A stretch of 64,000 nt of DNA, taken from the NCBI RefSeq assembly GCF_964204645.1, contig NC_134036.1, forward strand, positions 1,364,001 to 1,428,000, written 5' to 3'. The notes under the pieces were generated by a model. The model worked only from the letters and a program-made list of their open reading frames with translations, was not told where the DNA came from and ran no database searches. Positions 1 through 22,882 of this stretch are shown piece after piece. Both the position numbers and the translations under genes were made by a program. The DNA is from Tubulanus polymorphus (taxonomy: Eukaryota; Animalia; Nemertea). The stretch's first letter is position 1; each line of letters starts with the position of its first letter.

Positions 1-180
1 ACTCGACCTCAATTCATTCCAAATTTGGTATGAAATTAATTTCGAAATGTTCTAAAAAAGAAGTGATAGTGTCAATCATTGATAAATCTTTTTTCGTTAT
101 TATAGGAACAATACAAGTTGCTGCATGACCTTGTGATATTCATCTTCCACGGATTCGACACTTATATGACCCTTAATTAG
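1..180 (+). CDS. 3' end (last two exons, 1-27 and 106-180) of an upstream, more divergent RPTP paralogue (copy 0)
   Basis: TRPQFIPNL|gt...ag|EQYKLLHDLVIFIFHGFDTYMTLN* aligns with the last exons of copies 1-4 (EQYKFLHDLVIFYLQGFDTYVNLS*). The intron and 3' UTR are clearly more diverged. Confidence 0.88.
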
Positions 181-422
181 AATTACTACTCGTAAAGAAG
201 AATTGATGAAGAACAAACATTCTGGTTGTTTTGAAAACGGTACCTAAACTAATTAATACTTAACACTTGAGATCCGGAACTAAAGAGGTCGCATTAACTT
301 AAGGGTGGCGCCACTAGCTAGAATTCACTATATTATTCTATATTTTACGTTATGTTATACAATTGTAAATACTTCTTGATGTCCCTCTGTATACCTCTCG
401 TTGAGGTGATGAGTGTAAATAA

Positions 423-472
423 ATTTCAATTTCATTTCAATTTCATTTCAATTTCAATTTCAATTCATTTCA
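423..472. repeat. (ATTTC)n-type simple repeat
   Basis: atttcaatttcatttcaatttcatttcaatttcaatttcaattcatttc. Confidence 0.7.
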
Positions 473-598
473 TTATACTAATTACTAGCAACTGGTCGTT
501 CGCATTTCCTTTGTTTTAGTTTTTCTTTTGTTTTATACAATATACAAACGGATTTCTTGTATATAAAAATTAACGTACCTTTATACGTAAGACCCTAG

Positions 599-745
599 GA
601 CCCAGTTCCACAGTTGTGAGTTAGAGTTAACTCTGAACTCAGGATCCAGTTCCACAGTTGTGAGTTAGAGTTAACTCTGAGTTAAAGTTAGTTCATTTTC
701 AATGTTTTTAACCCAGGGTCAAACTCAGAACTGTGGAACTGGACC
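599..745. mobile_element. MITE (PIF/Harbinger-like) with a duplicated left end, in the 3' region of copy 0
   Basis: Inverted termini (ccagttccacagtt ... aactgtggaactgg) flanked by TAG/TAG. The left ~45 bp are tandemly duplicated. The homologous site in copies 1-4 (ccttaggtcta, e.g. ~19265) is empty. Confidence 0.75.
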
Positions 746-3700
746 TAGGTCTATAAACCCACAAACTGTGGTTTCATTGTGTACATATGTTGTAAGATGC
801 GTGATACTTTATGATGTACATATAGACAGCTTAAAAGAGAGACAGCTTATAGACATCAACATTATATAGACATGAATCGACAGCTTTTAGTTTAGGCTTT
901 GAAATAAACTTCGTACATTATAATCAGAACTTTCTCAACGAAAATATCTTCCAATATAAAGAAGACTTGTTTTATAGTATTTTTTCACCTCGATATTAAA
1001 TTTCCTGGTTTTGTTTTTATTTTCTTGTTTAACGTAATCCGTATTATGTTATTTACTGTTTAGTAATTACCCTGGTCACATCGTGTATCATCCACTTCCT
1101 TCCCTCACTGTTATCCACCTATCCACCTAATATACATATACACTAGTAAAAGCGAAAACTCGTAATTTCTAGTATAAAATCAAGATAACTACTGGCAGGA
1201 AGTTACCGTAAAATAATTCATAATGACAATGTAATTGTACTGTGATTATCAATTCAGTCACTCTTAATTAATTATCTTTAATTAATCTAATTACTCATAA
1301 TTTTCATCCGGTAAAGTTTCTACTGTATTACACTAGTAGCGAAAACTCGTTATTTCTAGTATAAAATCAAGTTAACTACTCACAGTAAGTTGTTACCTGT
1401 CGTCACGTTTATTGATTATACTCACAGTCCTTATATGAATATAACTGTTAAATTTTAATTTCATAATGAACTCGAATATTGTACATAATCTAGGATAAAA
1501 TATGTAGATTTTACTGATTTGAATTTGATGTTTATTTTTGCACTTAATGTTTTTATTTTTGTCTTGTTTAACAAAAGAAAATTCATTTCCGGAAATACAT
1601 TCGGTGCTTTCTGTTTTATTTTGTTTTGTTTGTTTTATTTTGTTTTGTTCTTGGTTTTTTTACAAAAGGAAAGTCTTTCATGAACTCATAGATTTACTTT
1701 AGAAATAGTTAACCAAAAATACTTCTTTTTCTGAAGTTGAACAAAAGACACGATAAGCCATCTTTGAAATTTCAACAATATGATTTATATGATAAACATT
1801 GGTAACAATGAATTTAGTTTATTAGGAATGGAGTCTTCTTTTGTGGTTGGATCAACACAAAATAATCACGTAGATTATAAAGCACGTAATGACTTACGAT
1901 TCCGGGGGTCAGTTGGTTAGAGTTAATCAGGGGATAGTTAACATATCTTTGACCAACTTTTGAGCATTTGTGGCTCATTACATGCTTTAGAATATTGTGG
2001 TGATTTTTTGTTGTCAAGTTAAGACATTCTATTCTGATATCGCACTACGTGTATTCACGAAGATTTACAGGGCGATTTACAAAATAAAACATCACGTATC
2101 AAAAACTTCCGAATGAAAATAATTTCTAAACTACATAAAAATCATTCAAATGGTTGTCTGTACTTCATAATGCAAGGTTTCTCATCTTGTTGACTGTAAT
2201 AAGAGTAACGAACTGCACACGTTTGACGCCCAATGTTCATTTTCCCATTTAACTTTTTCCAATAATTTTCCAACAATTTTCTTCGTAATAAAACATATCT
2301 ATCTTGAAAAGAGGAAGTTGTCGCAGAGTTTTTCACTGATCGCCGTTCAGACACGTCTTCCTTTGAACGACGAAGTTTTATTTTCTGTTTCAAACATAAA
2401 ATACGTAAATCGCAATTTACTTCCTGGTAGACCGGTAGGTGACGCTTTCGCGGATTTCACAGATGCGACGCATACATTCATTTAACACCGTCCACCTTTT
2501 ATATTGTCAGTTATATAATACACTCCTGAATAGGAAGACGTTTTTTTTAAACTCATGTGACCGAACGTTCAAGTATTATACATCAGAAAGCAGTTTGCTC
2601 GTACATTGTAACATCGTTTTGCGGCGTTAAAATCTACTTTCTTAAGGTTTATTTTCGCTCTGCTATTGTTTTTATTAGCGTTACGAAGGTCAAGTATCTC
2701 CATCGCTAAAGGTAAGAAAAACTAATTCTATTCTATCATCTTTTCGTTTTTTTATTATGTTTATACAATTCACTATAGTTAGGCTGATATAGAACATATA
2801 TACTCTGTTTCTCCTAATCGGCTGAGGGTCACATTCGTAAAACATGATGAAATTTGTAATCAGTTCATTTCTATAACTGTCGGGTCTGTTATTGTTAGAT
2901 TGATCATGATTTAAAACAAAAATAGTCATGTACAGGGTAGATAGACGGTCAATTTATGAGCTCAGCAGAAATTTGAGAAACAAGGTATCAATTTTTGTAG
3001 CCTAAAATGCGAACCTTTAAAGATAGATCTTTACTGAAAGGAGGGGTATAGACCACGGACTTTAAATTAACTTGGGTTAAGCTCAGCAGAAATCTGAGAA
3101 ACAAGGTAAGAATTTTTAGCCAGTGTAAATTAAGGCTTATTCGGTTGACCCAGTTTTTTATTTCCAATTGTTGAAGTTTCTGAAAAAGCTTGTCTGGTAG
3201 GCTATCATAGAATCGAAGGTACGTGTATTCTATCATAGTGATTACATATGGCCAATGGGTTCGTTTTCCCCCGTTAACGATCCTAAACTGACCACTAGTA
3301 GCCCCTAGACATCACGGTGTTATCATCCATGATATTTGTTTGTATACTATTTCTATTAAAGGCTTTGTGCGGTTACAGTATGTATAGGAAGGTAAGGATT
3401 AGCACCGACATTTTGTGGGTCGATTCAGACTCTGAATTCAGTTTTCATTGGTTTAAGTGACAGTGGCAGTTAAGGACCACCATACCGGTATTGTTGATAA
3501 TAGTTAATTCTCAGAGGCAGCATATTAATAGTTTTGGAAACACTGATACGTGCGTTTAGTTAATATAATCCTGAAGCCGGGTCGTGCTACAGATTTAATT
3601 CTACATGCTCATAATCTCGATCGCGGTTTAACTGTTTACAAAACGGACTAGAATATCAAACGTCTTGTCCACTCACAGCGGTACCTGCGATATATTCTAA

Positions 3701-4639
3701 ATCAGTGTTCATCTTCATTACAGAAGTGTTTGCCAATGATGTCGGTGTTGTTGCTAATGACGCAGTGCACATGAATATATGGTAAATAAAATCTACTAGG
3801 TTTTCGCAATGTCGTTTGGGAAAGGGCAAACGGCTATCTTAGAATTTCCACTTGTAAATGGGTAATTTTGTAAATTGTTTGTTAATTATTTCTAGGACAG
3901 CAGCAGAACTGTATAGTTGTGCTGTGTGCGTTGGGCTTTACAAAGCAAATCCATGTCAGTAGCGATATCTATTTTCAGTTCCACCCGAATTCATTGTGCT
4001 GACTGAATTTCCAAACGGTCAAGTTGTCCAAGGCACATCGAAAACTCTGACTCCAGTAACCCAGAGTTTTCAATTGTCTGGGCGTACAGATATGGGGTAT
4101 CGACATGGACAAATGTTTCACACAACCCAGCAGTCAATCATAAACCTGGTCCTCACAGTGGTCGGGTATCTACTGGTAGTTTGGTAGTTACAACCGATAA
4201 GGATAAAATGGAAGGCAATACAGATGTACTGCTTATCAGAACGGTGTGTCTTTTCATGTGGTCACCAACTCCACGACACTGTCAGTATTGTGTAAGTGAC
4301 GTTTATAACACCTTAAACAACATCATTTTTCTTTTCTATTTTATCAAACTTTTTTTTCTATATATAGGTTATATTATATTTCTAAAATATTCTTCTTTCC
4401 TGTAAAATGAAAAGTAGATGTTTCATATTCTATAGATTCGGCAGATTCTGTTTCGCTGACTCCAGTAAACTCTGTCGTAAGGGAAGGCGGCTCGATTCGG
4501 TTTAACTTTGCAGCAACTGGTGGAAATCCTGATAGTTTCACTTTCGTATGGCAATTCTCAACTGTTTCGGGTTTCTGGAAATCAATCGGATCCACGAATG
4601 ATTATTTAGCCCTAGATAATGTATCAAGAACTGATTCTG

Positions 4640-4777
4640 GGGCTGGTTGCATAGTCATGGCTTAGACTTAAGACTAGTCTAAGACCAACTTAGTTCTATA
4701 GCCAATCTAACAATTTAAGACCGGTCTTATGATTTAAGACCATTTTTGGACTTAAGTCATGACTGTGCAACTGGCCC
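4640..4777. mobile_element. 138-bp MITE (PIF/Harbinger-like, CWG target) inserted in an Ig exon
   Basis: Imperfect ~27-bp TIRs gggctggttgcatagtcatggcttag / cttaagtcatgactgtgcaactggccc, flanked by CTG/CAG. Removing the element restores GAT TCT GGA CAA TAT (DSGQY of the Ig DxGxYxC motif). Confidence 0.85.
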
Positions 4778-5395
4778 CAGGACAATATAGATATAATGCG
4801 ACCAATACAGGAGGTTCTACTTTCAGTAATATCGCTACTGTCGATGTTCAATGTAAGTAACCAGCCAATAAAGAGTTTTCCAGTTTCTAGGCACCATTAT
4901 CCTGTACCCATTTATAAGGACTCTCAGATTATGGATGAATACAGTATTTAGAATGATTCTGATAATGTGACCAAAAACTTTTTCATTTTTCACAGATGCA
5001 CCAACGCTCTCAGAGAAACTGAAACCTGTAGCCGCAAAAATAGGGGAAAGCGTTAGATTTATGATAGGCTACTATGCAAATCCGCAAGCGACGAGTTTAA
5101 ACTGCATCCACGAGTTCATATACAGAACTAATTGGTTCAGATTAGATATAATGTGCTGGGAAGTTACTATCGAATCAGTCCAGGTGTCTGATTATGGATC
5201 TCATTCGTGTCAACTGAAGAATTCGATCGGTAGCCTGGATATTATTACATTGGATATCCTTAAAACTGGTAATTACTGTTCCGAATATTCTCATCGCTAA
5301 TATTCCCCATTAATATCCACTTGCGGCTAACTAACAGCTGTGCAATACAAAAACAAAAAATGGCGAAAGTTTGTGTTTTGTAAGATGCTCAGCTA

Positions 5396-5496
5396 AATGA
5401 AGAAATCCCACACTTCGAATTTAAAATTATACGATCAAATTTATATTATGAAACCACAACGTTTCGGCTGTTGACTAACAGCCATCATCAGGTGGA
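5396..5496 (-). mobile_element. ~100-bp retroelement remnant (Penelope-like/retrozyme-like) with an 11-bp TSD
   Basis: Direct repeat atgctcagcta at 5385-5395 and 5497-5507 flanks an insert carrying a hammerhead core. Confidence 0.7.
5454..5495 (-). ncRNA. Minimal type I hammerhead ribozyme motif
   Basis: Minus strand reads ccac-CUGAUGA-u-ggcuguu(aguc)aacagcc-GAAA-CGUU-gugg: both catalytic boxes, a perfect 7-bp stem II, stem I ccac/gugg, and palindromic ACGU in place of stem III. Confidence 0.8.
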
Positions 5497-6656
5497 ATGC
5501 TCAGCTATTCGTTGAAACTAATGACCTATCCTCGAACCGATCTTTGTACTTCTACTGATTTAGATATTGAAATTTCGCGTTTCAAACTTCATTTCTTCAT
5601 TCAGTCGATGACAATGCGTGGACCGTCACGTCTTTAGTCCCGCTGATAATTGCTGGAGTGGTTCTTGGTAGCATTGCGTTCATTCTGATCGTAATATTTC
5701 TACTCGTGTATCCGATAAAACAACTCAGAAACAGAGGAAATAAATCACGTGGAATGTAAGTTTTTATGGAATCATTTTGTTGTTGTCGTCCCTTTAATTG
5801 TTTCGCACCAAATGCCACCTTCTTTTTAAATGACAGAAAACTCATCAATAACAGATCACTAATACATAACTCATCAATTACCGATTAGTTTGATTTGGTT
5901 CGAATCCCATTAGTCCTTCAAACCGACTATTTCGGTACCGTCTATTCAAAAGGTATTTGCTGAACCCAGAAATTTGAAGAATTGAAAAAATCGAGTTAAA
6001 ATCGTCACTCTTTTATTTCAGTAAAACTAAAGATTTAACGACAGGTAAAAATTATTCATATAGAAATATGAATTTATTTTCTAGACTTCTAAATATTGAA
6101 TGTTATTATTTTGACAATTTCATCATTTTTAAACGTATTTTTATTATTACAGTTTATCGAAACAATGACCCGGATTCACGTATTCATACAAGGAAGTAAT
6201 GATAGGAAAAAATGATCCATGATTTTAATGATTTTAATTGGTGATCAATTAGCTTTGTGGTCACCCTATTCAGCTGATGCCTTTTTTCTGATACGGGGAA
6301 AACCAATGGTTTGTCTCATTTTACACGAAAGGGGTGTCATGTCTATCGTGCTAAGGATTTAAGTGGAGTTAATCCGTTAACACTATGAATTAAACTGTTT
6401 TTTTTCTTGTTTTGATAATTTGTTCTTTTTACTTTCAAAGATTTTTTTTCTTTTATTTATTTTTTTCCTACTCAGGTAACGGCGACCCTTGATGTTCTGT
6501 TCTGGCCTCCTTCCTAACCTCCCCCACAGAGCAAAATAAACTAGCAAATCTGAAATTTGTTTAAACTTCCTTTAAAATGATTTATTTGAAAATCAAAAGG
6601 AAGTTAATTGCATAGATATGTGAGCGATATCATATTGCGTCATTCAGACAGACAAA

Positions 6657-19029
<12,373 letters not shown>

Positions 19030-22000
19030 AATTATGATTCGAAATGCTGAAGAAAAGCAAACAATCAGAAAAGGGAATCTGAGTAAAGGCACCTGAACTG
19101 CTACTTTACACCTGGCATTAACCGAGTGATGGCGCCACTAGCTCGAACACGAGGCAACGAAATTCACTTACTAGTTTAATCATGTATCTTTTTAAATCGT
19201 TTTATTCAAAATATTGCTCGAACTCTTGGACATAAAGATTAACGTACTTTTCGTATTGAGGAACCTTAGGTCTACTCCAGAAACTGTCCGGTTTTATTGT
19301 GTTTATGTTTACGATTACTTTTTTGTTCATGAATATATATTCATATATAATTTATATATCAGCTATCTAATTATGTATCTATAAAACTGAGTGTTGTATT
19401 ATGTTATAATTTCAATGTAAATAAAGATATATTCAGATATTTCTCAATAGAAATAGATTTCAATATAAAGATGATTTATGTAATTGTCACTGTTAATTAG
19501 ATATTCTTAGTTAATCTAAAAACTCATATTTGTAATCACCGCGTTCACATCGTGTATCATCCACTTCCTTCCCTCACTGTTATCCACCTATCCACCTAAT
19601 ATACATATACACTAGTAAAAGCGAAAACTCGTAATTTCTAGTATAAAATAAACATAACTACTGACAGTTAGTTGTTACCTGTTGTCACGTTTATTGATTA
19701 TACTCACAGTCCTTATATGAATATAACTGATTATTTTACTTTCATAATGAACTCGAATATTGTACATAATCTAGAATAAAATATGTAGATTTTACTGATT
19801 TGAATTTGATGTTTATTTTTTCACTTAATGTTTTTATTTTTGTCTTGTTTAACAAAAGAAAATTCATTTCCGGAAATACATTCGGTGCTTTCTGTTTTAT
19901 TTTGTTTTGTTTGTTTTATTTTGTTTTGTTCTTGATTCGTTTTACAAAAGGAAAGTCTTTCATGAACTCATAGATTTACTTTAGAAATAGTTAACCAAAA
20001 ATACTTCTTTTTCTGATGTTGAACAAAAGACATGATTAGCCATTTTTGAAATTTCAACAATATGATTCATATGATAAACATTGGTAATAATGAATTTAGT
20101 TTATTAGGAAAGGAGTCTTCTTTTGTGGTTGGATCAACACAAAATAATCACGGAGATTATAAAGCACGTAATGACTTACGATTCCGGGGGTCAGTTGGTT
20201 AGAGTTAATCAGTGGATCTTTGACCAACTTTTGAGCATTTGTGGCTCATAACATGCTTTAGAATATTGTGGTGATTTTTTGTTGTCAAGTTAAGACATTC
20301 TATTCTGATATCGCACTACGTGTATTCACGAAGATTTACAGCGCGATTTACAAAAACATCACGTATCAAAAACTTCCGAATGAAAATAATTTCTAAACTA
20401 CATAAAAATCATTCAAATGGTTGTCTGTACTTCATAATGCAAGGTTTCTCATCTTGTTGACTGTAATAAGAGTAACCAACTGCACACGTTTGACGCCCAA
20501 TGTTCATTTTCCCATTTAACTTTTTCCAATAATTTTCCAACAATTTTCTTCGTAATAGAACATATCTATCTTGAAAAGAGGAAGTTGTCGCAGAGTTTTT
20601 CACTGATCGCCGTTCAGACACGTCTTCCTTTGAACGACGAAGTTTTATTTTCAAACATAAAATACGTAAATCGCAATTTACTTCCTGGTAGACCGGTAGG
20701 CGACGCTTTCGCGGATTTCACAGATGCGACGCATACATTCATTTAACACCGTGCACCTTTTATATTGTCAGTTATATAATACACTCCTGAATAGGAAGAC
20801 GTTTTTTTTTTTAAACTCATGTGACCGAACGTTCAAGTATTATACATCAGAAAGCAGTTTGCTTGTACATTGTAACATCGTTTTGCGGCGTTAAAATCTA
20901 CTTTCTTAAGGTTTATTTTCGCTCTGCTATTGTTTTTATTAGCGTTACGAAGGTCAAGTATCTCCATCGCTAAAGGTAAGAAAAACTAATCCTATTCTAT
21001 CATCCTTTCGTTTTTTAATTATGTTTATACAATTCACTATAGTTAGGCTGATATAGAACATATATACTCTGTTTCTCCTAATCGGCTGAGGGTCACATTC
21101 GTAAAACATGATGAAATTTGTAATCAGTTCATTTCTTTAACTGTCGGGTCTGTTATTGTTAGATTGATCATGATTTAAAACAAAAATAGTCATGTACAGG
21201 GTAGATAGACGGTCAATTTATGAGCTCAGTAGAAATTTGAGAAACAAGGTAACAATTTTTGTAGCCTAAAATGCGAACCTTTGTAGATAGATCTTTATTG
21301 AAAGGAGGGGTATAGACCACGGACTTTAAATTAACTTGGGTTAAGCTCAGCAGAAATGAGAAACAAGGTACGAATTTTTAGCCAGTGTAAATTAAAGCTT
21401 ATTCGGTTGACCCAGTTTTTTATTTCCAATTGTTGAAGTTTCTGAAAAAGCTTGTCTGGTAGGCTATCATAGAACCGAAGGTACATGTATTCTATCATAG
21501 TGATTACATATGGCCAATGGGTTCGTTTTCCCCGTTAACGATCCTAAACTGACCACTAGTAGCCCCTAGACATCACGGTGTTATCATCCATGATATTTGT
21601 TTGTATACTATTTCTATTAAAGGCTTTGTGCGGTTACAGTATGTATAGGAAGGTAAGGATTAGCACCGACATTTTGTGGGTCGATTCAGACTCTGAATTC
21701 AGTTTTCATTGGTTTAAGTGACAGTGGCAGTTAAGGACCACCATACCGGTATTGTTGATAATAGTTAATTCTCAGAGGCAGCATATTAATAGTTTTGGAA
21801 ACACTGATACGTGCGTTTAGTTAATATAATCCTGAAGCCGGGTCGTGCTACAGATTTAATTCTACATGCTCATAATCTCGATCGCGGTTTAACTGTTTAC
21901 AAAACGGACTAGAATATCAAACGTCTTGTCCACTCACAGCGGTACCTGCGATATATTCTAAATCAGTGTTCATCTTCATTACAGAAGTGTTTGCCAATGA

Positions 22001-22239
22001 TGTCGGTGTTGTTGCTAATGACGCAGTGCACAGGAATATATGGTAAATAAAATCTACTAGGTTTTCGCAATGTCGTTTGGGAAATGGCAAACGGCTATCT
22101 TAGAATTTCCACTTGTAAATTGGTAATTTTGTTAATTGTTTGTTAATTATTTCTAGGACAGCAGCAGAACTGTATAGTTTTGCTGTGTGCGTTGGGCTTT
22201 ACAAAGCAAATCCATGTCAGTAGTGATATCTATTTTCAG

Positions 22240-22516
22240 TTCCACCCGAATTCATTGTGCTGACTGAATTTCCAAACGGTCAAGTTGTCCAAGGCACATC
22301 GAAAACTCTGACATGTAAAACTGACTCCAGTAACCCAGAGTTTTCAATTGTCTGGGCGTACAGATATGGACAAATGTTTCACACAACCCTGCAATCAATC
22401 ATAAACCTGGACCTCACAGTGGACGGGTATCTACTAGTAGTTTGGTAGTTACAACCGATAAGGATAAAAATGGGAGGCAATACAGATGTACTGATATATA
22501 TATATTAAGGAAGTAA
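22240..22516 (+). pseudogene. Truncated Ig-TM gene remnant, spacer 2
   Basis: The first Ig exon keeps LTCKTDSSNPEFSIVW. About 2 kb is then deleted, and the sequence joins the last codons (AGG AAG TAA) through an (AT)n filler. Confidence 0.75.
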
Positions 22517-22882
22517 TGATAGGATAAAATGATTCATGATTTTAATTGGTAATCAATTAGCTCTGTGGTATGTACTTATTCAGCTGATGCCTATTTTGTC
22601 TGATACGGGGAAAATCAATGGTTTGTCTCATTTTACACGAAAGGGGTGTCATGTCTATCGTGCTAAGGATTTAAGTGGAGTTAATCCGTTAACACTATGA
22701 ATTAAACTGTTTTTTTTTCATGTTTTGATAATTTGTTCTTTTTACTTATCAAAGATTTTTTCTTTTATTTATTTTTTTCCTACTCAGGTAACGGTGACCC
22801 TTGATGTTCTGTTCTGGCCTCCTTCCTAACCTCCCCCTCAGATATGTGAGCGATATCATATTGCGTCATTCAGACAGACAAA

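Larger units (their letters stand above)
3979..6199 (+). pseudogene. Decayed type I membrane protein with at least 3 Ig domains (nephrin/hemicentin-like), spacer 1
   Basis: Spliced exons give VPPEFIVL..., SVSLTPVNSVVREGGSIRFN(F)AATGGNPDSFTFVW...DS[MITE]GQYR(Y)NATN, ...VTIESVQVSDYGSHSCQLKNSIG, a TM exon at 5605-5755 (LIIAGVVLGSIAFILIVIFLLV), and cytoplasmic exons ending VYRNNDPDSRIHTRK*. Lesions: a 13-bp deletion removing the first Ig Cys, an exonic MITE with a stop codon, and Cys->Phe/Tyr changes. Confidence 0.78.

Noticed and set aside
2142-2393. Minus-strand 83-aa ORF repeated in every spacer, with a faint THAP/transposase-like CAV...PF pattern
   Set aside because: Recurrence is explained by segmental duplication, the 5' end is disrupted by different indels, and no convincing domain motif is complete. 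An HMM search would be needed to rescue it.
4374-5848. Minus-strand ORFs overlapping the Ig and TM exons, and similar antisense ORFs over RPTP exons
   Set aside because: Shadows of plus-strand coding exons with no independent motifs.
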